From Rhodosorus marinus CCMP1338 (Eukaryota > Plantae > Rhodophyta), in the NCBI GenBank assembly GCA_029953675.1, contig JAMWBK010000002.1, forward strand, positions 2,542,001 through 2,606,000: a stretch of 64,000 bases of DNA. Direction: 5' to 3'. The notes under the pieces are model-generated. The model saw nothing but the letters and a program-made list of their open reading frames with translations, was not told where the DNA came from and searched no databases. The stretch's first letter is position 1. The number at the start of each line of letters is the position of its first letter. The translations under genes were made by a program, and so were the position numbers. Below, one piece after another: positions 1 to 13,241 of the stretch.

Positions 1-260
1 AGGGTCAGTTATTTCTCCCCGGTTCTAGCATATTTTTTGCCAAGTAGTGGGTCTCCAATGTTCTTACCATTCCCACCCTTATCTGCCATTGCAGATCGAT
101 CACCGCGGCCCTGTTCCTGAAGGAATTCGTGAAGAGCACACCGTGGGCCCATATTGACATTGCCGGAACAGCTTACCCAGGGAAACTGGGGAAAGCCTCC
201 GGATATGGGGTTAGAACGCTTTATAAGATGGTCTCGGATTTGTCCGAGAAAGCTAAGTAA
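1..260 (+). CDS. 3' end of M17 leucyl aminopeptidase (gene begins before the window)
   Basis: Intron 4-94 (gtcagt...gcag). The spliced frame reads [43 protein letters not shown]...KAK*, stop at 258-260. GSITAALFL and WAHIDIAG are typical M17 C-terminal motifs. Confidence 0.9.
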
Positions 261-615
261 ACACTAGTTAGATAGGTATCCATGAGGACTCTTCTGGTTG
301 CATGTTCTTAAGGTGTTCGTGGAAGGGCCATCACAACCGAGCGAATCTCTCGTACATATGCCGCCTGACCTTTACGAGCAGTTGGTGGCTTCTATAGCTG
401 TTGCATCGAGAGCAATGGGAGGTCTTTGCTTAGCCGCAAATTTTAGTTCTACGAAGGCAATCTAATCCTCTCATATCACGACCTAATCCGAAATAGTTAA
501 GCTGCCTACTTCGCGGCAGAATTAGTATAGAACCTAGAAAAAGAAATGATCTTGAGCCTAAATCTTTGTCGGGAAGGACAAACAATATTATACAAGTTTG
601 CAGCCAAGCTTTGAA

Positions 616-2304
616 CTAGCAAAACGTCCAGTCTAGTTCCACATTATCGCCGCCACCACCTAGCTCGAACAGAGTTCGATCGTACGGTTCAATAGAATGG
701 AAATACTTCATCTGGTCTCGCAGAGTTGTTGGCAACTCCGGAAGAAACCTCTTGGGGAGAAGCAGAGTTGACATGTTCGAGATATCGCTAAATATTCTGT
801 GGCGATCAACGGTTTCTTTCAAGTAACGATGTCCCAACGAGCCACCCGTGCCGATCTTTTGACCAATCATGCGATGTACCATCTGCGTGTGCCTGTGCCT
901 CCACTGGTTTAGGCAGTCATCAACGTCAACCAGGACCTGGAAGAGCCGCGCAGGGAGTTGCAACCTATACATGGCCGTGGGTGAAACATCGTTCAGCAAC
1001 GGGTTCCCACGTAAACCTCAATAGCATTTCAAAAAAGACAAATGAGCATGTCAGGAAGTACGTACATTGGTTGATCTTCATAAAGCATGATCATCAAGCA
1101 CGCATTGGTTGCCCGGAACCCAAGACGCCTGGCGCCAAGCTCCTTTTGTTTCTTATGTACGTCCTTGTCCCATACGCTCTCGTAGATTTCCATCGTAGAG
1201 GCAAGATCCTTCATAGCTGCTTCTCTTTCCTCCCCTTCCAACATTCGATTGAGAGCACAGCTATCAAGATTATGCATCTTCTCAACGGCTTCCTTGTAGT
1301 GAGAAGCAAACCGGTAGCCCCGGAACTCAATGAAAGGCATATTTCGCAACCACCTCTCCACGTAGTCAAACAAAGATGGTTCAGATAGTGCCTGATCATA
1401 AGCAATGAACAAAGACAAAACGTTAGCCTAAAATATGGACAGCGTTGGTGGATCGTTGAGCATATTACCTTCTCGACCTTCTTCTTATCCTCCTCCTTCA
1501 GCTTGTTCATGAAATCCTGGTTCACCCGTTTTTCAAGCTTGAGCCCCAACTTGGTTTCCAAGAGCCGAAATTGCACGCTTTGGAATCCACTCGCAGGGAA
1601 AAGGTAGTCTCTAAAATTCAAAAACTCTTGTGCTGTCATTGTCTCTAGCACACGGATTTGCTCGACGAGGATTTTCTGAATTTCCTTCACTCTGTTCAGT
1701 CGGTGCAGGGCAGTGCTGATTTGCTTCTCCCCTAAATACAACCACATGAACATCAAATGAGATTTCAGACACCAAGGCTAACGATACAAACATGACCTCC
1801 TCAATCGGGCGGCCCTACCTAGACGAAGACATTCGAAGATGTCTCTGACTGAGTCGATCTCGAATATGAGCTGCTTAAACCATAGCTCATACGTCTGATG
1901 TATAGTAATAAACAACAACTCGTCATGGCACAAATCCTTTGCTTTCCACGAGAGGGGCTCCTGCGCGTTCAAGATCTACGTTTCAAACACGCGAGAAAAA
2001 GACAACGTTCCTTCCCTCAGCACTACCATCCAGTTACCCGCCACGCTTCTACAGAACGAGCAACAGCCAACAAAAGACGCATTACCTTATCCAATTTGAG
2101 ATAGTCGGCGTAATACAAAGGGTCCTTCCTACTCCTCCGCACTTCTGCACTGCTTCTCGAAGAAAGGTCCCCCAACACCACCTCCTCGTGCTTCCTCTTC
2201 ATGGGACATGCGTTCTCCGCCTTCTCGGACGGACTCACCCCTATTCTACTTTCCACGCTCAGCTCCGCCTTCGGCAGGCTGCCATACCCGTACGGACAAC
2301 CCAT
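616..2304 (-). CDS. TDO2: Tryptophan 2,3-dioxygenase (multi-exon)
   Basis: Exon pieces YYADYLKLDK, HDELLFITIHQTYELWFKQ, LETMTAQEFLNFRDYLFPASGFQSVQFRLLE and WRHRHTQMVHRMIGQKIGTGGSLG are TDO/vermilion motifs. Start taken at MGCPYG (2304). Confidence 0.95.
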
Positions 2305-3931
2305 CACTTTCCTCAATCCGTCCCCAAAAAAGCAAAACCCACCAACCCTCAAACGAATCCTACTCCACCACCATTGAACCAAACTCCACCCACAACCTCA
2401 CACGTCCCTCTATCTATGTTCTCACAACACTTCCCCTCCACCCCACCCCCCCCAACCCCCGCACCCCCTTCAAAAAAAATAATTATCCAATTCTCAACCC
2501 CGCTTCGCTTCGCCCCCAAAAGTTCTCTACCGCGTTTCGCCTTTGACCTCGTTCACCACCTTCGTCAACTCCGAACTCCCCTGCTCATAAAAACAGAATG
2601 TCCACAAGCCGAAGAAAGTATAGCCTTCACCGAACCATGAAACTTAAGTTGTACCCGCCAATTCATGCAACCACGTCGTCTCGAAAAAGGTAGACACCAA
2701 TGATGCAAACAAAAGAAGCAGTAGCCAAAACATACGCAGTCCTCAAAAAACAGGCTTTTGGCCAACTAGAAATACCAAAAATTCATAAAAACGCACTTCC
2801 AACAGGAGCCCCCCCCCCCTCCTTCTAATCTTCTTCCTCCTTATACCTCGCACCCTTTCAAGTGACCTCAATTTCAAGGTTTTTGCAGGTCTAAAATGAT
2901 TGCTAGAAGAATGAAGAATGAACCTTTCAGAATGTCCGCCTTTTTGACCGGCACAGCCCACACGCCCTTCCGACCCCTTTGGGTTGTTCTCGCGGACGCC
3001 CAACACCAACGATTTCATTTGGTTTTTGGCGTTTGTCAAAGACTTTTCACGGAGACTGAATGGCAGGAAAGTGAAACCCGGCCCCAGGGGGAGTGGCCAC
3101 TGGATTTCTTGGGCTTCAACGAACTTTTTTTTCTTCAGTTTTTTGTTGTTGTTCTTGTGCGCAGGGTGTTTTTGATTGGTTAAGGATGGCCAATCATGGG
3201 AACCTACTTGATATTTATCAATTTCTAAGGTTCTAAGAGTCGTTTTTGGTAGGGGGGCTGGTTTGTTCTTTTTCTTGTACGTAGTTTTCCAAGAAATAGA
3301 TTGGGACCACCCCTGGGCTATCCCAACCGATTTCCTACTAAGTGAAAAAGGAATAAATTACGCAACATAATTGTGGTCAAAAGGATTCCTCATTTTTTTT
3401 CGGTTGTACAGAGTCCCCTCATGTAGGTGGTATCCTTAGGGGAGGGTGTGCGGGACAAAGTCAAACTGAGTCAGGGTGAGTTTCGAAGAAAAATCCATTC
3501 AGCAACAACCTTCGTCAAGTGCAACTCCTTGGGGCCTCTTCAAGGGGAGGGTGGTAATATGCCAATTTTCCCTGGTGGTTTGAGCGAATTTCGTGCGCGA
3601 TATTTTTGTACAGGACACTTCGTTGAAAAAAAGTATAAACGCTGTATATCCTTAAATATATTTAGTAAAACAATTTTAATTCATCATATCGGTTTGTTGT
3701 ATTGGACTATCCACTAGCTGAAGTGATGACAGTGGGCGAAACCACCCCTGGAATTCGTGGTGGGAAATTTTTTCGCTTCTGCTCCGTTCCGTCCCCCCCT
3801 CCCAGTTTCAATCCTCGGTTGGAATTTTTTTTTGAAATAACCGTACTTCAGCGGTCATTCCAGCTGTCCACCTTTAGCGCATTTCGGAAATTGTTAGGTA
3901 GATGGGGGGGATTGTAGTAGCTTTCGTATTG

Positions 3932-3949
3932 AAGCGGTTTAAACCGCTT
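3932..3949. repeat. Perfect 18-bp palindrome AAGCGGTTTAAACCGCTT
   Basis: The sequence equals its own reverse complement; it lies in intergenic DNA. Confidence 0.85.
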
Positions 3950-6900
3950 TCATCACTCTTTTAGGTGACAAAGTTACATGAATGCTACGAGTATCGTTGG
4001 ACTTGTTCCAGTAAGATATCGAGTAGACATTCCATTATCCAATGAGAACAAAATATCTATTTACTTCTACAACTTGATACTGCTTCTGTAGATTGTCAGT
4101 AGTTTTCTTCTCGAAGTCCCAAAGAGCAATTCCATTCAAGATTGCGCTGGTAGAGGCGACAGCTCATGTATTCGGAGTTGACGAGGGGATCGCGACGTAA
4201 CAATGCGCTGAGGATCCCTTTTTACCTCACCGTGGAACAAGGTCAACCTGATTCATCATCCAGGCAGAGGGGGTGGAATTCTTCGAGAAGTTAATGCTAT
4301 GAACCCGATGACGAAGAAGTCCATTTTTGTGCCCGATGCATCCGTTCATGGCCTTTAGAATAGTTCAGATTTACATCGCTTGAACTAGAGTTCGGAGGTT
4401 TCAGTCAGGGTCCTCCGCAGCAACGTCGTATTGGAGTTTGCCATGCAAGTTTTCCTCTGAGGAACGGAATCTCGTCCAGTATCTTGAATCTTAGGATGCG
4501 CGTTCATCAGATATCTTCGGGTAATCATTCGCATATCCGTGAACAGCAACACGACAATTGAAAAATGGAGCACCTAATATATAGCCAAAGGAGCCACGCG
4601 GCTGACGTTTCCTCCCGATTTTCCCCCGGTTGAGCTGGCAAAAAAAACTCGGTTGTTTGCATGTGCGGTCAACTGAGCAGGACTGTAGAGTTGGAATTGT
4701 ACTAAGTCAATATGTGAATGCCAACACAGTTGACGTCATCTGATGGTATTTGCAGTGTCAGGTCTGTTTTTCCTGTTGACGGAGATGTATAACCCAGAGT
4801 ACATCCAACCGTGACGAGCGCAGAGGCGACCGGCATGTTTTCAATTCCTTCCACTGCTTCCTGAAGCTTTGGCGTGTTAGTGAGCTGCAGCTCTTTAACC
4901 GACTGCTGCGAACTTTTTCATGACTAGAAGCATACGCCCAACCGCTTCTGCTCAATGACTGGTCCTGGGGCTTCTCGTTCTCATATTTCCGCAGTAGGGA
5001 TCTAACCAACGATATGAGATTGCAGAGTTCCCAAATGGAAAAACTTATGTACACACGCAGAATGAACAATGCTCGTCTGTTCTGCCTCGGACAATGGAAG
5101 ATATCGGAAGAACACCAGCGCTGTTCATCGGCTCTCGCCTCCACAATTGGAGCAATTTTTCGTGGTGAATTATTTCCCTAAAGTCACGCCGCCCTCCTCC
5201 TCGTATAAAAGCGATGATGCTGAAGGCGGGAGCAACACGAGCAAAGTTACGTTTTGCCCGACTAAGCAAAATCGCATGTACTGTGCGTACTAATCCGGTA
5301 TGCGCACTAATCCGAACTATTCTCTTAGGGTTGTTGCCTCTGATTAAACGGGGAAGAATCTGGCCACACCGATCCGATCTCTTACGGGGCACAAACAGAA
5401 TTTTTTTCTTCCGGTTGCTGTCCTTTTCGTGAAAGGCACACGTCCCTTGGATATTATGAGAGCCTTTGCTAAACTGAATACTACTGATTCAAATCCGAAA
5501 TAGTTCGTATCCGCGTTTTCCTTCTTCCCGGGTTGTTGTCTCTGAATAACAAATTGATAACGTCCGCACAAGGTGGCATCGTCAAGCCTGGGGTTACTCC
5601 GTACCAGCGGACAGACAAGGGTTGGCTTGACGGGTAGTCTTCCCGAACCGAGCTGGAGTAAGAGTTTCCGTGGACGAGTTGGAAATTCGAGGGCGCATAA
5701 GCGCCCATCTGTATAGCGATCTTGACGACATTCGAGATAAGTACACCTACTGGCTGTAGCAGTTGGGATTTAGGACACAAATAGGGGCTAATCCGAGCCT
5801 TTTGAGTACTCAGAACTCCACCTGGCACTACATATCGTGCTTCTGGATTTGAAACCGTAGCAGAGCAATCCCAAAACAAGAGGAGCGTGCAAAGCCGCTC
5901 ATCGAAGGTTGTGATCTGGCCCGACGAGGTTGTGTAGCAATCTAAGGGACTGAATCCACGCCATTCAGATACATGCAATCAACAGCGACCATGCTACAAC
6001 ACACACACATTCTGTGATTCAAAAAATTTTCAATCGAATTTTCATCCATCGCAGGGTTGTGTGAATATCTATCGCGGAAGATCTGATCACATCACTACCG
6101 GCCGTTCATCCAAATGGTGTTCAGCCGTGGTTCAGAACGCCACATTCATCCTAGGGTCACAGACGACATCCCGAAATCCTTTCTATCCACGCCGCACGCA
6201 TGAAGCTCGTCAGCAAAGGCTTGTTGATCATTGGCCCCCACCCAATCACTTCATGCATAGATTTTTTTCTTTTTCAACCCATCGCCCGTTCATCACGTCC
6301 CTTCCCCCCCCCCCCCTTTTACCTCTTTTCATCAAAAACATGGCCGCAACCGCCCTAGAGGCTAGATTGTATTTTCTCTTTCGATTATCTCCAATTAAAA
6401 ATAAAATACCAGAATCCCTGTACCCCACATACATACATACTCCCCCCCCATCTCTGCTATCTGCTGCTAGGAATTAGCTAAATGTCCCTCCTCCAACCCC
6501 CCCCACCCTTTGAAAGGCTTTATGCTCTAAGATTTTTTGACTAAAATCCGCGGTCGAAAAGTTTCACAACGGAAGAAGGCCAAAAAAGAAAAGCTGCAAA
6601 AACAGCCTCCCTTAAGATATCCCAAATTTTACTTTGAGAAAACAACACCATAGCGGACAAGCGAATGAGGTTCACTCGATCATCCCTCGAATATCGGTAT
6701 TTTTGCGTTAACGAACATAAATTTACCACGTGTCCAGTAGCTTCGCAGATAGCGAGCAGTTATTTTATTGCACGTGTCCTTATCGATCGGGTGGACCTGC
6801 ACGCCCGTAGAGGCTGCGGGGTTTTGTATCTGAAGCTACAACCACAGTTTCACGCCTTCAACCAATGACACGGATCTACTATTCGCTTCGCCCAATGGAA

Positions 6901-7392
6901 AGGGGCCTGAGGCCAGAAGAAAGATTTTGGATCTGATCTCAACTTTTCGTTGGACTCTTCCAGTAGGGGGGGATGATGGTCAGGGATCGGGCGCTTGCTG
7001 TTCAGCGGGAGGGCTGAGAATTTGGATTGGAATGGCGGATAATCTTGGACCGCAGCAATCAAGACGGGGTGGTGGGAGGGGGTGGGTTCGATGACTATAC
7101 CCTTACCCCCCTGAAAGGAATTTTTTTTTTTTGGGGGGGGGGGCCTGCGTCAAGGCCCAGGGGGTATAGGATATAGCCTATGGATGGGTTCTTGCGCGGA
7201 ACCCCAAGAAAAAAGAAAGCAGCCTGATAATACGAGGGTCGCGATTTACGCGATTTGCTCACATATATATACATGGCGGGGCAGTCGTAGTTGTGGGCGG
7301 GAGGGGCTTGCGGATCAGCAGCTGTGGGAGAGTGGGGAGGAAGGATCATTTGCTGTGTTTGTGTTGCTGTTTGTAATTTCACCTAGTAGAAG

Positions 7393-8698
7393 ATGGCTTT
7401 TGTTGGATCTATCGCGGGAGCTGCCGTCAGCGGAGTCTCCACGACGTCGCGATGCGGCATGCCGCAGTTTGTTGGCATGAGGCCTTTGAATAGCGTGAGG
7501 GCTCTCCAGCCGGCTGGTGAGGGATCTGCCTTCGGAGGAATGGTTGAGGCCGACGCTCTCTACGCCACCGCGATGAAGGCCGCCAAGTCCTCAAGAACCG
7601 CTCCTTCGATGACGATCAAGGTTGCCATCAACGGTTTCGGACGTATCGGACGCAACTTCATCAGGTGCTTGGAGGGACGTACCGACAGCCAGATGGAGGT
7701 GAGTAATCGCGGCCTGAGGCTTCGATAAAGTTCAGAGCACAGTTTCCTAACTTCACGTTCATTTCTAGGTCATTGCTATCAACGATACCTCCGGCATTAA
7801 GACCGCTGCCCATCTCCTCAAGTACGACTCCATCCTGGGCACCTTCGACGCTGATGTCGCGGTCACCGGTGATGATGAGATCTCTGTCAACGGCAAGCCG
7901 ATCAAGGTTGTCAGCAGCAGGAACCCCCTTGAGCTGCCGTGGAAGGAGCTCGGCATCGACATTGTCGTCGAGGCCACCGGAGTCTTCATTGACAAAGAGG
8001 GTGCCGGTAAGCATATCGAGGCTGGCGCCAAGAAGGTTTTGATCACCGCCCCAGGAAAGGGTGACGGAGTTGGAACCTTCGTCGTTGGCGTGAACTCTGA
8101 TGAGTATGACCACGACAAGTTCGACATTGTCTCCAACGCCTCGTGCACCACCAACTGCATGGCCCCCTTCATCTCGGTCCTCGAGGAGGAGTTCGGAATC
8201 ATCAAGGGTACCATGACCACCACTCACTCCTACACCGGAGACCAGAGGCTCCTTGACGCTGGTCACCGTGACCTGCGACGTGCCAGGTCCGCTGCTCTCA
8301 ACATTGTGCCAACCACCACCGGAGCCGCCAAGGCTGTTGCCCTGGTTATCCCGTCCGTGAAGGGCAAGCTGAACGGAATCGCCCTGCGTGTACCCACCCC
8401 CAACGTGTCGGTCACCGATGTCGTTGTTCAGGTCGAGAAGAAGACCTTCAGGGAAGAGGTTAATGGAGCGCTCCTTAAGGCGTCCCAGGGCAAGTTGAAG
8501 GGTGTCCTCAAGTACACTGATGAGCCCCTCGTGTCTTGCGATTTCAAGGGAACTGACGAGTCCTCAATCATCGACTCTTCTCTCACCATGGTCATGGGTG
8601 ACGACTTGGTCAAGGTTGTTGCCTGGTACGATAACGAATGGGGCTACTCCCAGCGTGTCGTCGACATGGGTGAGATCATGTGCTCCAAGTGGAAGTAA
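7393..8698 (+). CDS. GAPA: Plastid-targeted glyceraldehyde-3-phosphate dehydrogenase A (NADP, Calvin cycle)
   Basis: Transit peptide MAFVGSIAG... Motifs [40 protein letters not shown] and WYDNEWGY. One intron, 7699-7768. Confidence 0.97.
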
Positions 8699-9713
8699 AC
8701 ACTTTGTCAAATAGACGTACGAATAAATCACACCAAAAACCGCAGTAAATCAATTCTTCAACCGGAAAACGAAGCAAAAGATTTTTGTCCTCATTCATAT
8801 CCGGGCTCTTTACCCCCACCGCAAGCTACGCATGATGCTGTGCTGCACTACGACTCGAGAACCATAGTGATCAAGACGCAGAAGTAAACCAGCCGTGTTG
8901 TGTTGAGTACAGACTCCAAAGCCACACCATAAACATAAGGTGGGTAAAAGGCCATGGGGGGGAAATGCTCTTTTGTCATCCCTCATAAGATCCTTAGACA
9001 CCCTGAAAACAACAAGAAAACAAGGGATTGATGGATACACAGTCACCCACACCCTTCTCCGCTGACAGCCGATCATCTCCGGCTGGCAATCCACTCCACG
9101 CAAAACTTCTCCCCCAAGACAAGCCAATCCGAATATTCCAGCTGTCCAAGAATATACTCATCATTGGCCCATACAATCTATTTTAGCCAATTAAAAACAC
9201 TTTTATACACCTTCCGTTTTTATATCTTCGTTCCGTGATCATCGGGGGTGCAGCTTGTGATTTTTTGGATAAAATTATGTATCGATCTTCGGGAGCCGAT
9301 GGGATGAACTAATATTTTGTTTCTGTTTTTCAAGAAGAGGTGGGTCGTTAGGGTTTGGTGGCAGCAGAAGCACGAGAGAGAACGTCGAGAAGAGATTAGC
9401 TCTATAAATGGATAGGAAGGATCTGTGACTTTCGGACAGAACAGGAGGAGGACGTGTAGCCTTCTGTGTTTTTAATGTTTTGGTTTTGTTTTGTTTTTTA
9501 TTACTGGAACGTCTGGAAGGAATCCTCGTGAACGAAAAAAGAGAGAGAGTTTTCTGCTTCTGTTGTTTTTGTTAACTTGTTGACAGAATGGAGGTGAGTT
9601 TTGGCGAGGTGTAGCTCGTTTGGTCTGGGAACTGCTTTCGTTGGTGAGTGTGGTTTTCTGAGGATTTTAGTGTTTTTTTTTGGTTTTGTTTTGGGTGGTG
9701 GTGTTCTTCTCAG

Positions 9714-10266
9714 ATGGGTTTCGTATCAGGAGTGTCTGCCAACTCCCTCCGATCGGGTCGGGGTTTGGGAACTGTTGGGAGGTATCCGAATCGGCTTTTA
9801 TTCGTGAGCAGAGGCGTTAACAGTAGGGGACGTCGCAGCGTCGTGAAAATGTCTGAGGAGGAATTCTGGCAGGGAGAGTGGGTTTGTGTTGACTGCGGAT
9901 ATATTTACGGACAATCTGAAGGCGTACCTTTCGAGGAACTTCCAACCAACTTCAGGTAAACTCCCCGCAGCCTCCTGAATCGAGCTATGCTACTGGGCTT
10001 GAAGCGCTTGGGGGTATCTTTACCTGTACCCGCGTTCTCTCAGAGCAGGAGATCAGCCGTAGCTTACAGATTCCGTTCCTTCGTATTATTTTTGGCATAC
10101 CCGTAGATGTCCCCAGTGCCGGGCCCCGAAGAGAAGGTTCGCAAAGAAGGCGGGTGAGGTTGTCGCTTCGAATGCGGACGCGTCCAACACACAAATCCTG
10201 CTCGTCTCTCTACTCGGTCTGTTCGCTATTGTCGCTTTTGGTATTTGGGCTGCTCAGGAGCTGTAG
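9714..10266 (+). CDS. Plastid-targeted rubredoxin-like protein with C-terminal membrane anchor
   Basis: Transit-like MGFVSGVS... Then WVCVDCGYIY...PFEELPTNFR|CPQCRAPKRRF after removing intron 9956-10106. Hydrophobic tail ILLVSLLGLFAIVAFGIWA; stop at 10264-10266. Confidence 0.88.
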
Positions 10267-10450
10267 GCGTTGAATTCGTTTCAGGAGGCAAAATCTGGGT
10301 TATAGTCAAAAAGTACATCTATTCATTTAATCATTTTCGGGTCCTGTTCGGCGGGAGCCTCAAGCCTCCCACCTTCTCCACAGCGCTCCTTTTCCTTGTC
10401 TTTTACACAAATCTCAGATTGCGGACGATCGTACGTACATTAACGACAAG

Positions 10451-11815
10451 TCAAAAATCTCCCAGCTCGCAGACGTGCTTGATCATATCCGTATCTTTCT
10501 CCTCCAAAGCAGTAACCAGCACATGCAACCTTCTTATGGTACGGGCCGATTCAACACCCACTACCAGGGGCAACAAGTCTGGATTGGCATCCCTCGTTGC
10601 CAATGTACAAATCTCTTCTTTGTTAAAATTATGAACAAAGTTGTCCAGCTTGACCATCGTCCGCATCAGATAATTGTGTTGTCTGTCCTTGCAATTTTGG
10701 TCGTTCTCTTCACAGTCGAGGTTCAGCGGGCCTCCGGTACTGGACGTCGCACCCATCACAATGCCTCCAAGCGTAATATCTGGAAACCTGATGGGCCTGA
10801 ACGTACAAGCGCTAGGGACATCGCATGATGCGAAGCCGCGATAGGCGCAAGTGGGATCTGCTGGTAGACAGTCCGCCATACTCTTCATCAGGCCCCAAGA
10901 GATTACAAACCTGTTTTCGTTGGAGATGCTACGCTCAGCCATGGCCGCAGAAGAGTGGACTTGATTTGCAAGATGAATCCGTCAGGAACCGACGAGATCT
11001 GCAAGAGTTTGATGATATGTTTTGCATACCCTTTGTCGTCATGGTGGGCTGGGTACGTGTTGAATTTATACTCATCCTCAGATATGAAGAAATAATCGAA
11101 TCGGTCCCGATTAGGCCTTTTAGCGCCAGTGTAGGTGCCCACGTATAACGGTCCTTCGTCTCCTTGCTTACGAAGCTCGCTGATCACCCTACCGAGGTCG
11201 ACATAAGTCTCAGAGGTCGTCATCAAGACGAAATCGTGCTCCTTCACATGATCGTCGTTGTAGAGCTCGTCCGCGATTCCGAGAGCTTTGATGGTTGCAG
11301 ATCTGTGATCAGAGTCGCTTGCATCTGGGACGAGAATGAGGTCGTTGTAGGTCTTCTGTTCCTGCTCCACTAGCCTTTGCTCGGAATCGGTCAAGTTTCC
11401 TCCCAAGAAAAAGTTGTAGGAGACCTTCGATGAGCTCGACACTTTGAAAGCAAGGGTCAAAAACGTTCTCAGGGTCAGGAAATACAGCAACAATCTCGAT
11501 CAACAACGGAAACGTTCACATGTTGCGGTGGTGGGCCCTACTCCTTTGAAGAAACGTCGCCCTAGCCGCGCTCCTGTAGTAAAAGTCGCTTGGAGCGGAG
11601 TTAATCGCCAAGTACAAAAAGCCATCCTGAGATTCCGGGCTTGACACTGGCCGATCCTGCGCCCGCGTCAGCAACCAATCCTGAGTCATTACTGGAAAGG
11701 TAATCATACAGCCTAACAAAGACAGGGACACAAGATGAATCGGCCGCAATCTCCTGATGGAAGTCCTTCTCGGAAGCCCTTCGAGGTCAGCACCACCACT
11801 CCGACGCGCCAGCAT
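10451..11815 (-). CDS. Type II membrane GT31 (beta-1,3-galactosyltransferase-like) protein with degenerate catalytic motifs
   Basis: N-terminal TM anchor, then AINSAPSDFYYRSAARATF, YNFFLG, EQKTYNDLI, PLYVG, YKFNTYP and GFVISWGL in GT31 order. Two introns are inferred from ORFs 11516-11815, 10903-11493 and 10451-10942. Confidence 0.7.
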
Positions 11816-12244
11816 CTCGTCCGATTGAGCCTTACGAAAAGCAGCAACTTCACCCAGAAAATCGTCGCGAAGAGAAGAAGCACATTTGAGAAGAGATGAA
11901 CTACCGCATGTTGAAGTTCTGATTGAAAAAAAAAGAAGCTAAACTTCCACACCTCCTCGTCCGTTTCCTACTTGCAAAACCAGCTCGCTGAGGAAACGGG
12001 ATGAGTGCCATGTGGCACTCGAGCGGAAAGAACTTGGCAAACTGCCAAAGTTAGGGCCAGAGCAGAGTGGACACAGGGTTAACAATCCAAAGACACTGGA
12101 AAGATGTTCAAGCGATTGGTACGAGTACCTCATCGACGGGCGTGAAGCGAAAACACCATACATTTAAATCAACAGAGCCGGATCGCCCAGCTATGGACTT
12201 TGGCAGGGCATATCCGGGACGTATGGCTAAGCAAAAGTAGTTTT

Positions 12245-13055
12245 GTTGTCTGGTTTGAAGGATGTCGCTGAAGGACCTTATAGTTCCCCTAGTTCCCAGT
12301 CTCTCTCCAATCTGCTCTATCAGAGTATGGTTCTACGAAGTGCAAGACTGATCGTTTCGAGAATCCTGTAGTTGCTCGGCCAGATCTTCATTGACGGATC
12401 AGCTCAGTCAGGTGGACCCTCAGATGCTGACGATGGAACAAATTTCGTCCTTAGCCTGCTCCAGTGGAAATGCGCTTTGGAATTGCATGCGTACCCGCTA
12501 TCCACTAGTAAATGGATCAACCTTGTCCAGCCTCATCTATTAAAACTCCTGGTTACTTGTGAAGTTCTCTTCTGCTACATCGGTTTTCTAGCCATTAAAG
12601 TATGGCGAATCTCATTCTGAAGCAAACAGGTTCTGATCTTGGTAGTTGCTCCACGCAATTCCCGGTTTGATCTTTCAGATCCTGGTTTACCTCACCTCAG
12701 CCGATCCATCATTCAAAGCATATGGTCCAGTATGAGATAACTCCTCGTGCAAATTGAATTAGGGTTGTACGGACTCAAGCAGAGCACAAAGGCATTGAAA
12801 TCAGACGTTGACTGACTACAGGCTTGGAGCGCTTGGTTTTCCAGTACTAGGATCAATCCTATTCGCGTCGATTGCACATCGATCGCCTTGCACCAACTAC
12901 TCAACGGATCCAATCTGTTCTCTCAGCCATGGATCTACGACTGTAAAAACTACAGCTATACAACAGATGCATATTCTGAGAGAGCAGATCGGAGAGATAC
13001 ATGGAACTAGGGGGAACTCTAGGGTTCTACAGAGACGTCCTTCAAACTAGACAAC
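12245..13055. repeat. Imperfect inverted repeat, arms 12245-12329 and 12970-13055
   Basis: By hand alignment about 72/86 identical positions between arm 2 and the reverse complement of arm 1. A third partial copy of the core (tccaatctgttctctcag) lies at about 12909-12926. Confidence 0.8.
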
Positions 13056-13241
13056 TCCGCTCAACGCCGTCAACTGTTGCTCCTGATCAAACCTTTGCAA
13101 GTGTTAGAGCATTGATCGATCACGGGAGACTTCAGGCTGGTAGCAGTTCGGATCGTATGAAGTAGTTCGGATCTGGGCTGCTTTCCGTTGAGCTGATCAA
13201 ACGTAGGCTGAATGGGTCACTGAGCTGTTTATAAAAGCAAT

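Noticed and set aside
7661-8266. 201-aa and 152-aa minus-strand ORFs
   Set aside because: Antisense shadows of strongly codon-biased GapA.
12420-12460. Hammerhead-like CTGACGA / GGACGAAA words
   Set aside because: The two core elements are on opposite strands and no stems form.
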